From a virus: DNA of 64,000 nucleotides. The notes under the pieces are model-generated. The model saw nothing but the letters and a program-made list of their open reading frames with translations. It was not told the DNA's origin and ran no database searches. Location: positions 1-64,000 of IMG/VR virus record IMGVR_UViG_3300043775_001610; one strand, written 5' to 3'. Positions 1 through 7,356 of the stretch are shown here, one piece after another. The translations under genes were made by a program, and so were the position numbers. The first letter of the stretch is position 1, and the number at the start of each line of letters is the position of its first letter.

Positions 1-116
1 TTGTTTTTATTGTAGTGGTGACCGCAAAAAGCTAACTCACCATCTACTAGTTTAACTAGATACATTGCATCTGCTGATCCACATGCATCACATGGAATGA
101 ACTCTCTGTCTCTCAT
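1..116 (-). CDS. small actinobacterial-type Zn-finger protein (DUF7455-like), runs off window
   Basis: Manual translation from ATG 116: MRDREFIPCDACGSADAMYLVKLVDGELAFCGHHYNKN; CxxC...GEL.FCxHH resembles a conserved small actinobacterial protein. Confidence 0.65.
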   Translation of the reverse strand, partial: MRDREFIPCDACGSADAMYLVKLVDGELAFCGHHYNKN

Positions 117-259
117 AGAGAACCGCCCTCAATCATCTCAGAAAGACGGTCAAGAATCCAAGAATCAATATCGTTGATATCAATTTCTGATAACTTCTCC
201 ATTATTTCTTCACGGGCAAACTTATACCCGTCATCCCAGCCATCCTTATAGTCTGACAT
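113..259 (-). CDS. hypothetical protein (48 aa)
   Basis: Manual translation MSDYKDGWDDGYKFAREE...GGSL; AAGGAG RBS; ATGA overlap with next gene. Confidence 0.7.
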   Translation of the reverse strand: MSDYKDGWDDGYKFAREEIMEKLSEIDINDIDSWILDRLSEMIEGGSL

Positions 260-268
260 AATATCTCC

Positions 269-472
269 TTAGTAACCTGTAGTTTCGTAGTCTGATATGT
301 AAGACTCAGTTAAGTTGTACTTATCACGAATCCTACTTACCTTCTCAATACTACCAGTTCCAATGTTGAATGTCAACGGAGACATTACCTGTGGGTCGAG
401 CCCTGTGATTTGTGCATCCCAATAGGCCATCTCCATGGATAGCCTATTAGGAGCAGTTAACTCAAAGTACAT
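269..472 (-). CDS. hypothetical protein
   Basis: ORF track; TAATG-coupled to upstream gene. Confidence 0.7.
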   Translation of the reverse strand: MYFELTAPNRLSMEMAYWDAQITGLDPQVMSPLTFNIGTGSIEKVSRIRDKYNLTESYISDYETTGY

Positions 473-1089
473 TAGTTAACCTCAACTGAATCTACAGATG
501 ATGACATATATGTAATAGGTTCATCATATGATACTGTGTCAAAGTCTGTTTCATGAATTGCATTGATAGCAGACTCCTCGTCACGAGCATTAACTGTAAC
601 TGAGTATTGAACTGTAACTTCTAACTCAAATTCTTGTGTTAGTTCAAAGCCACAGATGCTTGCAATCTCTTCTGCTTGAAACTCAGTCAATGAGTCATCA
701 TCAAGGCCCTCTAATGTAAAGACCTTCATGTTATCACGCAACTGATTTAGAACGCTTGCAGTATTGTAATCTCGTTGGGTTACACGCTGGATGTGCTCTT
801 CTAACTGTGTAATGCGGGCCTTGTTGTCAACTAACTGTGACTCAAGGAATTCTCGTGTCATATAGTGATTATCTGTTGTTGTTTCCATTTTATCCTCTTT
901 CGTTGTTGTTGGTGTAATTGTAGCATGCTCCACTGACAATAATGTGGTCTTGCGTCCGCATGGGCATGTGAGTTCTGTCACACCTGAAGGAAAGCCAAAT
1001 CCATCAGATGATGTTAGTTCTATTAATGAATCGCATTCATCTGGGTCACAGACAAATGTATACTTGCTTGATACTAGTTCGTTGGTCAT
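472..1089 (-). CDS. hypothetical protein with N-terminal Cys-rich segment and coiled coil; second in-frame start at 888
   Basis: ATG 1089 lies 7 nt after TATAAT (leaderless); internal ATG 888 has its own promoter (917-938) and AAAGAGG RBS. Confidence 0.65.
   Translation of the reverse strand: MTNELVSSKYTFVCDPDECDSLIELTSSDGFGFPSGVTELTCPCGRKTTLLSVEHATITPTTTKEDKMETTTDNHYMTREFLESQLVDNKARITQLEEHIQRVTQRDYNTASVLNQLRDNMKVFTLEGLDDDSLTEFQAEEIASICGFELTQEFELEVTVQYSVTVNARDEESAINAIHETDFDTVSYDEPITYMSSSVDSVEVN
917..938 (-). promoter_or_regulatory. TGTCAG-N10-TACAAT promoter (PafBC/RecA-NDp-like)
   Basis: Minus strand TGTCAG TGGAGCATGC TACAAT. Confidence 0.75.
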
Positions 1090-1096
1090 GAAGAGA

Positions 1097-1118
1097 ATTA
1101 TACAGGATCCGACTGACA
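1097..1118 (-). promoter_or_regulatory. TGTCAG-N10-TATAAT promoter, leaderless
   Basis: TGTCAG TCGGATCCTG TATAAT TCTCTTC ATG; near-CRP site TGTGA-N6-ACACA at 1146-1161. Confidence 0.75.
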
Positions 1119-1190
1119 TTATCAAGGATTTCCAGGGAATATTTATGTGAGTCGTAACACACTTTTTGCCCCCTTAGCTTTGAGGGCGCT

Positions 1191-1267
1191 TGGCGATCCA
1201 TAACGGACTTGAACCGTCGACCTCTACCGTGACAGGGTAGCGCTCTAACCAACTGAGCTAATGGACC
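1191..1267 (-). tRNA. tRNA-Asp(GTC)
   Basis: GGTCCATTAGCTCAGTTGGTTAGAGCGCTACCCTGTCACGGTAGAGGTCGACGGTTCAAGTCCGTTATGGATCGCCA: cloverleaf, GTC anticodon, encoded CCA. Confidence 0.95.
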
Positions 1268-1315
1268 TAGAAAAAATTGTGAGCAGTTTTTATTCATGCT
1301 CAGGAATTTATTTAT

Positions 1316-2323
1316 TTAGAACGCAGAAATTAATTTCTTAATTTTATTTTTTTCTGCGGTTAGAATTGGGTCAAACCCTGATGCACCCGCCATGAGTGTT
1401 TCAGAATTTCCACGACCTGAACGATAGTAATCAAGGCGTTCAGTAAGTGCATTGAATGCACCCCACTTTGTTCCCTTGATGTTAGCGTTAGTTGGTGAGT
1501 TGTGATACAACTCGTCAAGCAACACGACTTTGTTTTCCCACTTAGTCAATGCAACTTTAGCAGCATCCTTATCAGGCTTAGGATAAATTGTCTGAATTAA
1601 CTTTGAGAATTCAGCATCAGTGATTGATTGAGAATAAAGAGCCTGAGCCTCTTTCTCGAATTCATCAAAGTACCCAAGAGCAAGCCCAAGAGTTTCACGA
1701 GCAACTTGGATGCGACCTTCAACAGATTGCGTGTGGCGAATCTTGAAAGATTGCTTAGCATTCTTCATTGCAAGGTTAAGAGTGTTTTGGCATACAACAC
1801 GAACAGGAGTAACAGCAGCCTGAACAGCAACTGAGCCATCGTGTGAAGTCCAAACAATTAGATACAACTTTGTTGCATCGTTTGCGCCTTGTGGGTCAAG
1901 CACCATTGTGCGAGGAATATCCACTGTACCGAATACAACCTTACCGCTACGAAGTGAGCCAGCAGATTCCCAACGGCAATCTGCATTCGCATCGTGAATT
2001 GCATCGGCGAATGCGAATAGTTCCTCATTCTGCACAGGCTTGTAACGCTTTCCAACAGTTGCAAGAACATCAGTTCCATTGTTGAATGGGTTGTCACGAA
2101 TAACTAATTGAGCATTAGATACATCGTTCCATGTTTCGGAGATATGGTCAGTTAGTGGAGACAAGCGAACATTCCAGTTGGAAAGTTTTGCCTCATCTAA
2201 CATCATTTGAGTTGTAACATCTTCATCTTGTGTAAAGATGCGATTTGCAAGGTTGTGCCATGCAGGTGCGCCACGAAGTGCGAATGCAACTTCGCCATTT
2301 TCCATTTCTAGATTATGAGCCAT
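1316..2323 (-). CDS. DUF932 domain protein (phage/plasmid-like TIGR03299 family)
   Basis: MAH..E, PAWH, Y.PVQN.E.F.F, ESAGSL..G..VF, TSHDGS, TPVRVVCQNTL, RHT motifs. Confidence 0.9.
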   Translation of the reverse strand: MAHNLEMENGEVAFALRGAPAWHNLANRIFTQDEDVTTQMMLDEAKLSNWNVRLSPLTDHISETWNDVSNAQLVIRDNPFNNGTDVLATVGKRYKPVQNEELFAFADAIHDANADCRWESAGSLRSGKVVFGTVDIPRTMVLDPQGANDATKLYLIVWTSHDGSVAVQAAVTPVRVVCQNTLNLAMKNAKQSFKIRHTQSVEGRIQVARETLGLALGYFDEFEKEAQALYSQSITDAEFSKLIQTIYPKPDKDAAKVALTKWENKVVLLDELYHNSPTNANIKGTKWGAFNALTERLDYYRSGRGNSETLMAGASGFDPILTAEKNKIKKLISAF

Positions 2324-2354
2324 TTTTTACCTTTCGTTTGTTTGATTAGTTGTA

Positions 2355-2376
2355 AGTATAACAGACCCCACTGACA
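2355..2376 (-). promoter_or_regulatory. TGTCAG-N10-TATACT promoter
   Basis: TGTCAG TGGGGTCTGT TATACT upstream of the DUF932 gene. Confidence 0.75.
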
Positions 2377-2414
2377 TTGTCTACGATTAATTACAATATG
2401 TCCGAATTGATCCA

Positions 2415-2510
2415 TGTGATTAATCTCACAAAATTCCAGGGTTATCCACAAGTGGTCGTAACCCTGTGGATAACCCCTTAGCTTTGCGGGCCAGCTGCAT
2501 ATGCAGCTGG
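2415..2510. promoter_or_regulatory. cassette: CRP-type site, two DnaA boxes, palindrome
   Basis: TGTGA-TTAATC-TCACA 2415-2430; TTATCCACA 2442-2450; TGTGGATAA 2465-2473; CCAGCTGCATATGCAGCTGG 2491-2510. Confidence 0.75.
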
Positions 2511-2520
2511 TGTTGGATCT

Positions 2521-2775
2521 TTACAGACCTAACTCATCCCTGGTTAGTTTTGGATTGCGATTGAAGTTAATAACTTCGGACGGGAGGTAAAGAGCAGTAG
2601 TCTTAGTCTTCTTCAATGTATCATACACATAAGCACGAACATCACCAAAGAAGTTACGGCGATTAGAAAATGCTAACTCAGTTAAGTATTCCTTATCAAC
2701 GCCTTGCTCTGAATAAATTGTTACATCATTTGCTTTGTTTGCATCATAGATTTCTACTCTGAAACGATTTTTCAT
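2521..2775 (-). CDS. hypothetical protein
   Basis: ORF track; AAAGG RBS. Confidence 0.7.
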   Translation of the reverse strand: MKNRFRVEIYDANKANDVTIYSEQGVDKEYLTELAFSNRRNFFGDVRAYVYDTLKKTKTTALYLPSEVINFNRNPKLTRDELGL

Positions 2776-2846
2776 TTTGTTGCCTTTGTTAGTAGTTGTC
2801 CCAAAAGGGAGAGCAGTTTGGCGACATACTCAGGTCGTTGGATTAT

Positions 2847-3269
2847 TTAGAGATAACGAGCAATAGCATTGTAAGTGCTTGTGCTTACTGTTTCCTCATC
2901 TGTCATCTTTAGAATACGAATTGCGTTTTCCAATTCCTCTTTCATCTCATTGTATGAGTGGCGGTGGAGAACTTCGTAGTCCTTCTCAGGCTCTTTAGGA
3001 AAGTCTGACTCATTAACTGTTAAATCAAAATCAACATTAAGTGTCTTGTTCCATGAGCGATAGTTTGTGCGTAGGTTTTCTGCCTTAGCAAAATTAGCCA
3101 TAGCAAACTTTGCTACTTCTTTGCGCCACTTTTCTAAAGCCTTTTCGTGCTTTGCTTCGTTGGCTTCTTGTGATGCGTAATCGGCATTTAACTTTGTCAA
3201 GCGAGTTTCTAGTGCCTTGATTACCTTTGGTGTTGCGATTTTTACGCTAATTGCTTTCTGTCGTGCCAT
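2847..3269 (-). CDS. hypothetical coiled-coil protein
   Basis: ORF track; AAGGAA RBS; own promoter. Confidence 0.8.
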   Translation of the reverse strand: MARQKAISVKIATPKVIKALETRLTKLNADYASQEANEAKHEKALEKWRKEVAKFAMANFAKAENLRTNYRSWNKTLNVDFDLTVNESDFPKEPEKDYEVLHRHSYNEMKEELENAIRILKMTDEETVSTSTYNAIARYL

Positions 3270-3308
3270 TTGTTTCCTTCTTTCGTTGTGGGTTGGGTTG
3301 ATGAAGTA

Positions 3309-3330
3309 ATTATAGCAGGGGGGTCTGACA
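3309..3330 (-). promoter_or_regulatory. TGTCAG-N10-TATAAT promoter
   Basis: TGTCAG ACCCCCCTGC TATAAT. Confidence 0.75.
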
Positions 3331-3355
3331 TTTCTGCGACCCCCCTCCCATTAAA

Positions 3356-3538
3356 TTAAACGCCTAGTAGTGTTTGAGCGGATACGGAAGTCCAACGAGT
3401 TTCCTTGTTGGGCATTTCCAATAGCACACGCACCGAGCCAGATGTTTGTGGGTGGATTTCTTTAATCACACCTGTTTTCTTTGACTTAAGGGTAGTGAAT
3501 AAATCGCCTACCTGATACAACTTGTCGTTGATTGTCAT
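3356..3538 (-). CDS. hypothetical protein (SH3/KOW-like small beta protein)
   Basis: YQVGD...K.TGVIKEI pattern; AGAGG RBS. Confidence 0.65.
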   Translation of the reverse strand: MTINDKLYQVGDLFTTLKSKKTGVIKEIHPQTSGSVRVLLEMPNKETRWTSVSAQTLLGV

Positions 3539-3567
3539 TTATTGCCTCTTTTCTTTGTTAGGGTTGT

Positions 3568-3589
3568 AGTATAGCATTGGGGTCTGACA
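3568..3589 (-). promoter_or_regulatory. TGTCAG-N10-TATACT promoter
   Basis: TGTCAG ACCCCAATGC TATACT; near-CRP site TGTGA-N6-TCACT at 3628-3643. Confidence 0.75.
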
Positions 3590-3634
3590 TTAGTCTAGCC
3601 CTGTCTCAGTATTTGAGAAAGTTATTGTGTGACC

Positions 3635-3898
3635 TTAGTCACTTTCAGGTAGCCAAGCGTGGAGATGGTGCTGCTCGATGATCGCCCACACTGGCGCACA
3701 TGTCTGCCCCTTGTAAGTAATTCCATCAGGCATTTCGATGGTTTCATCCCACATGTCATCATGAGCAAAATCTATTGCTTCGATACACACTGGAACCATA
3801 GAAAGTGGAACGGGTGGGTAATGATTACCCTGTAAGTGATAACCTAGTGCTACCTCTAAATCTAATTCAGTTAAATCTAATGCTGTATTGTATCCCAT
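3635..3898 (-). CDS. hypothetical protein
   Basis: ORF track; HLQGNHYPPVP...EQHHL; coupled to upstream gene. Confidence 0.75.
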   Translation of the reverse strand: MGYNTALDLTELDLEVALGYHLQGNHYPPVPLSMVPVCIEAIDFAHDDMWDETIEMPDGITYKGQTCAPVWAIIEQHHLHAWLPESD

Positions 3899-4101
3899 TA
3901 TTCTGCCACCTTTAGTATTGCGTAAGAGCCGTTAGCATTTATTTCATCAAGAATTGGTTGTAGGCGTGGTGCTACTAAATCTTTTAGCATAGACTCTAGC
4001 ATAAAGATACGAGTGGTTTCATCAAGTGCCATAACCTGTTGAGTTACTGGATGATTGTCTGCAAACTCTGTTACAAACTTTAGATTGTGTTCTACTATCA
4101 T
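3898..4101 (-). CDS. hypothetical protein
   Basis: ORF track; AACGAAAGG leader. Confidence 0.75.
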   Translation of the reverse strand: MIVEHNLKFVTEFADNHPVTQQVMALDETTRIFMLESMLKDLVAPRLQPILDEINANGSYAILKVAE

Positions 4102-4130
4102 TTTTTGCCTTTCGTTGTTGGTATAAGAGT

Positions 4131-4152
4131 ATTATAGCCTATGCCACTGACA
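4131..4152 (-). promoter_or_regulatory. TGTCAG-N10-TATAAT promoter
   Basis: TGTCAG TGGCATAGGC TATAAT. Confidence 0.75.
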
Positions 4153-4189
4153 AATTGTGCAACACGCCCAAGCTTTATCTAATTTATTT

Positions 4190-4265
4190 TGTGATTAATC
4201 TCACAAATTCCAGGGGGTTGTGGATAACCCCCGTAACCCTGTGGATAACCCCGCAGTATTGCGGG
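4190..4265. promoter_or_regulatory. cassette: CRP-type site, two DnaA boxes, CCCGC/GCGGG hairpin
   Basis: TGTGA-TTAATC-TCACA 4190-4205; TGTGGATAA 4219-4227 and 4240-4248. Confidence 0.75.
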
Positions 4266-4387
4266 CCTGCATAGCTATGCATCACTCTGTATATTTATTT
4301 TTATGTTTGATCTTTCGAAAATATTTTTTCTTATTACGAACAGGTTGCGCCGCATTACTGCGGCGCAATTCCTGAATTCGTTTTACT

Positions 4388-4579
4388 TTATCTCGAAGTG
4401 AATTTTGGGACATGATACCCACTCGCTTCGTGAAATCTATTTACATCAAATCGTTCATTATCTTTTGCGAACATTTCCGCAAAATCATTTACCATTTTAG
4501 AAAATAACGCTGGGTGTGCTTTATCGCTTGCGAACTTTAAAATTTCTGCTACTGCGACATAATCTTTTCGTGTCATCAT
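4388..4579 (-). CDS. hypothetical phage protein (MTRKDY..A/DN.RF..F..A type)
   Basis: ORF track; pattern typical of small phage early proteins. Confidence 0.75.
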   Translation of the reverse strand: MMTRKDYVAVAEILKFASDKAHPALFSKMVNDFAEMFAKDNERFDVNRFHEASGYHVPKFTSR

Positions 4580-4779
4580 TTAACTGATACCATTCCTGTT
4601 CTATAAAAAACTTTTGTATAGCATTTGCCTGTTGGCGTGTAAATATTTACAGTTGAGTATTCGTTAGCAAATCCCCAATCGGTGAATAAGAAAAAGTTTT
4701 CCCAAGCACCCAATTCGCTTTCGTATTCTGCTGACCAATGAGGAGCGTGTCCGTCATAAGCACAAGTTAATTTATACAT
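4576..4779 (-). CDS. hypothetical protein
   Basis: ORF track; overlapping stop/start coupling. Confidence 0.7.
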   Translation of the reverse strand: MYKLTCAYDGHAPHWSAEYESELGAWENFFLFTDWGFANEYSTVNIYTPTGKCYTKVFYRTGMVSVK

Positions 4780-4922
4780 TAGTCATTTTCTCCGTTCCAA
4801 AATAGTGAGCCATCATCTACGCAATCGCAAGGTTCGCAATCAAAATCATTATCATCACCAAAAAAGATTACTCCGTGTCCGTGGCAATCTTGGCAATCTA
4901 TTGTTAATACTGAGTTAATCAT
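4779..4922 (-). CDS. small CxxCxGxG/CxxC Zn-binding protein (47 aa)
   Basis: Manual translation MINSVLTIDCQDCHGHGVIFFGDDNDFDCEPCDC...; TAATG coupling at both ends. Confidence 0.65.
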   Translation of the reverse strand: MINSVLTIDCQDCHGHGVIFFGDDNDFDCEPCDCVDDGSLFWNGEND

Positions 4923-5086
4923 TAGTGTTGTTCCTCGCAATCTTTGTCATAGTCAAATCCGCAAAAGTAGCAACCCATAAATTCTAGGTGTTCGATACAG
5001 TAATACTTAAATTGACTTTCATCACAACAAAAATGTTGCTCGTCTGCGATTTCATAGAAATCGGTTTTGTCGATTATGTTTAACAT
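4922..5086 (-). CDS. small Cys-rich protein (54 aa)
   Basis: Manual translation MLNIIDK...HFCCDE...YCIEH...CYFCGF...; AACGAAAGG leader. Confidence 0.65.
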   Translation of the reverse strand: MLNIIDKTDFYEIADEQHFCCDESQFKYYCIEHLEFMGCYFCGFDYDKDCEEQH

Positions 5087-5114
5087 AGTTTTCCTTTCGT
5101 TTGTTTATTTAGTT

Positions 5115-5136
5115 ATTGTATCAGTTAGCACTGACA
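5115..5136 (-). promoter_or_regulatory. TGTCAG-N10-TACAAT promoter
   Basis: TGTCAG TGCTAACTGA TACAAT. Confidence 0.75.
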
Positions 5137-5207
5137 AATTTTGTGAGGGTTCTTACTTACGACATTGGGCGAGGACTCCCTCTAAACTGCCCCTGTTTCG
5201 ATTTTAT

Positions 5208-5420
5208 TTAATCGGAAGTTTTTACGGCTAAATAGCGATAAGTATCTTTTAAATTTAGCGGTGCTGAGTAATGAGGTCTAACCTGAACCTTATAAGTTTC
5301 GCAATCCGCATACCATACGGAATTATCTTTTTCCGCTGAGATGATTTCACCCTTTAATGATTTTGAGTGATAGGTTTTTCCTACAAGTAGGCTTTCGATT
5401 GTATAGACATTTGCTGACAT
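5208..5420 (-). CDS. hypothetical protein
   Basis: Likely start MSANVY at 5420 after AACGAAAGG. Confidence 0.7.
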   Translation of the reverse strand: MSANVYTIESLLVGKTYHSKSLKGEIISAEKDNSVWYADCETYKVQVRPHYSAPLNLKDTYRYLAVKTSD

Positions 5421-5452
5421 TTGAGTCCGCCTTTCGTTTGTTGATAGTAGCA

Positions 5453-5474
5453 ATTATAGCCTATGGCACTGACA
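5453..5474 (-). promoter_or_regulatory. TGTCAG-N10-TATAAT promoter
   Basis: TGTCAG TGCCATAGGC TATAAT. Confidence 0.75.
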
Positions 5475-5522
5475 TTTTCTAATTACTAGCCAGTAATTCC
5501 AAATAATGAGACGCTCAAGCCG

Positions 5523-5648
5523 TGTGATAAAAATCACAAAATCTCGGGCGTGTCGGAAAATTCCAGGGGGTTGTGGATAACCCCCGTAACCCTGTGGATA
5601 ACCCCGCTCTTTTGCGGGCGCATCAACTTTTGTCAAGTCGACACGCCG
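5523..5648. promoter_or_regulatory. cassette: CRP-type site, GACAC motifs, two DnaA boxes
   Basis: TGTGA-TAAAAA-TCACA 5523-5538; GGCGTGTC ~5547; TGTGGATAA 5572-5580 and 5593-5601; GACACGCC ~5640. Confidence 0.75.
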
Positions 5649-5747
5649 TTACTTATTCGAAATCTTTAAAAATTTCTTCAAGCTTTAAGATTTGCTCATC
5701 TGTTAAATGATCAATTTGAATTGATTTTTCAAATCCAAAAAAATCTG

Positions 5748-5963
5748 TCATTCGCTCATCAACCTTTCTAAATCGTCTGCGTTATCTTTCATGTAATTAT
5801 CTTGAAAATCTAAAAGTGCCTCATTGTAAGCAATCGGGTCACAATCTTTTAGAATTTGGGAGGGATAAAAAACAGCGTTACCCATTTCATAGACGGGATA
5901 ACAATCATCAAGCATTTCATCAAATAATTGTTTAATCGCAAAAGTAATTTCGAAATCTAGCAT
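5748..5963 (-). CDS. hypothetical phage protein (FDEMLD..Y...PS.IL..CDPIAY type)
   Basis: ORF track; acidic small early protein. Confidence 0.75.
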   Translation of the reverse strand: MLDFEITFAIKQLFDEMLDDCYPVYEMGNAVFYPSQILKDCDPIAYNEALLDFQDNYMKDNADDLERLMSE

Positions 5964-6124
5964 TATGCGTTTTCCTTATCTTTTAGTATTCCTAGAATAA
6001 TCTCTAATTGTTTAGTAGAAAGAAGTGCTTGAGCACAACCCCACTTAAAGGCTAAATCCATTTCGCCATAGTGTTTTTTAGCAAGGTCGGTTATTTCTTG
6101 CGTTACCTCAAAATTACTTTTCAT
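5963..6124 (-). CDS. hypothetical protein (53 aa)
   Basis: Manual translation MKSNFEVTQE...KENA; coupled to both neighbours. Confidence 0.6.
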   Translation of the reverse strand: MKSNFEVTQEITDLAKKHYGEMDLAFKWGCAQALLSTKQLEIILGILKDKENA

Positions 6125-6294
6125 TTAGTTAAACTCCAATCTGTCCAAAATGGTAAGCGGTCATAGTCATCATAGATGTAAAATCTATCTATGTTCATTT
6201 CGCAAGTTTCGCAAAATGTGTATTGGAAATCTCCGACATTAGAAATGGACTCCATGTGTGGAGTATGTGTATGTGTATTTGTTAGTGTAGTCAT
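6121..6294 (-). CDS. small His/CxxC protein
   Basis: HTHTPH...FCETCE; AAAGGTGG RBS. Confidence 0.65.
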   Translation of the reverse strand: MTTLTNTHTHTPHMESISNVGDFQYTFCETCEMNIDRFYIYDDYDRLPFWTDWSLTK

Positions 6295-6325
6295 TTTGAC
6301 CACCTTTCTTTTTCGTTATAGTGGA

Positions 6326-6347
6326 ATTGTAGCATGGGGGTCTGACA
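6326..6347 (-). promoter_or_regulatory. TGTCAG-N10-TACAAT promoter
   Basis: TGTCAG ACCCCCATGC TACAAT. Confidence 0.75.
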
Positions 6348-6396
6348 TTTCTCTACTTACTAGCCAGTAATTCCAAGATGTGAGACGCTCAGCCTA

Positions 6397-6529
6397 TGTG
6401 ATAAATATCACAAAAATTCTGGGGTTTTCCACAGATGCCCGTAACCCTGTGGATAACTCCCGCAAGATTGCGGGCCAGCTCGACATTGTCAAGCCGACAC
6501 GCCGTTAGGCTAGTGTGACTCTTGCCACA
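6397..6529. promoter_or_regulatory. cassette: CRP-type site, DnaA boxes, GACAC
   Basis: TGTGA-TAAATA-TCACA 6397-6412; TTTTCCACA 6425-6433 (1 mismatch); TGTGGATAA 6448-6456; GACACGCC 6496-6503; near-CRP 6514-6529. Confidence 0.7.
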
Positions 6530-6632
6530 TCTCTCTCATCTCTGCTTTAAAGTCATGCCACACGATCCTCGCCATGTATAGGGCGGGGAGGGCAAGGGAT
6601 AACTGCACTAGTGTAGTAAGTAGTCTATTCAT
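6510..6632 (-). CDS. small membrane peptide (40 aa)
   Basis: Manual translation MNRLLTTLVQLSLALPALYMARIVWHDF... Confidence 0.5.
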   Translation of the reverse strand: MNRLLTTLVQLSLALPALYMARIVWHDFKAEMREMWQESH

Positions 6633-6801
6633 TACGCATTAACCTTATCTCTTAGTGATTGCATAGCGCTATCTATTTGATTATACGCATTAGCGCATGA
6701 GTAGCAATAGGTTTCGGTAATGATACCGCCTAATAGCATGGCATCTATTCCGCTATAAACTAAATCGGTATTGTTGCAGTTAATTACTTTACATTCTTTC
6801 A

Positions 6802-6969
6802 TTATGCGGTCACCTTTATGTCCATTACATTAGCGGTAAACTTTTTACCCTTGCCTAGTTCGCTATCATTAAGCGCATTTATTAGATTGTCGATTGCTTT
6901 TACATCTGTTGCGACATTGTCAATAGAGATTAGTTTAGAGCCTTGCCAAATTGAGTAAGTGATAGTCAT
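6802..6969 (-). CDS. hypothetical protein
   Basis: Likely start MTITYSIWQG after GGGAG. Confidence 0.65.
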   Translation of the reverse strand: MTITYSIWQGSKLISIDNVATDVKAIDNLINALNDSELGKGKKFTANVMDIKVTA

Positions 6970-6971
6970 TA

Positions 6972-7154
6972 TTAGTTCTCCCATGTTAGTTCGTATAGTT
7001 TTGCTAGTGCCTCATCATCTGAGTCATCAAATTCATCTAGTGGAGGTTGTTCCTCATCTACCTCATCAAGGTATGCGTATGCGTCTGCGACATCTGATTG
7101 GATAGTGTCCCACTTAGACACGCTGTTAGTTTCGTATGAGTATGCGTATGACAT
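6972..7154 (-). CDS. small acidic protein
   Basis: ORF track; very D/E-rich. Confidence 0.7.
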   Translation of the reverse strand: MSYAYSYETNSVSKWDTIQSDVADAYAYLDEVDEEQPPLDEFDDSDDEALAKLYELTWEN

Positions 7155-7267
7155 TATTTATTCATCTCCTCTGAGATAGCCTTAGACTTAGTTAGTGCCT
7201 CTAGGGCGATTGCTAGGGAGGCAAGGCGTTGAGCCTCTACCATTTGCTTGTATTCATCTAGTGTCAT
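7154..7267 (-). CDS. small helical protein (37 aa)
   Basis: Manual translation MTLDEYKQMVEAQRLASLAIALEALTKS...; AACGAAAGG leader; own promoter. Confidence 0.6.
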   Translation of the reverse strand: MTLDEYKQMVEAQRLASLAIALEALTKSKAISEEMNK

Positions 7268-7299
7268 TTATTCTGACCTTTCGTTGTTGTTATGTTGTA

Positions 7300-7321
7300 A
7301 GTGTAGCATGGGGGTCTGACA
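7300..7321 (-). promoter_or_regulatory. TGTCAG-N10-TACACT promoter
   Basis: TGTCAG ACCCCCATGC TACACT; perfect CRP-type site at 7350-7365. Confidence 0.75.
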
Positions 7322-7356
7322 AATTGGGGAGGTTAGCCTATCGTGTCGGTGTGATA

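Noticed and set aside
1046-1297. 83-aa minus-strand ORF
   Set aside because: Overlaps tRNA-Asp and a promoter; the translation is just the tRNA sequence.
5454-5636. 60-aa ORF with GYPQGYGGYPQ
   Set aside because: Spans the DnaA/CRP cassette; the peptide repeat is a by-product of the DnaA boxes.
2340-6530. CRISPR array interpretation of the early-region repeats
   Set aside because: Repeats are degenerate, about 0.9-1.8 kb apart, separated by genes, and no cas genes are present.
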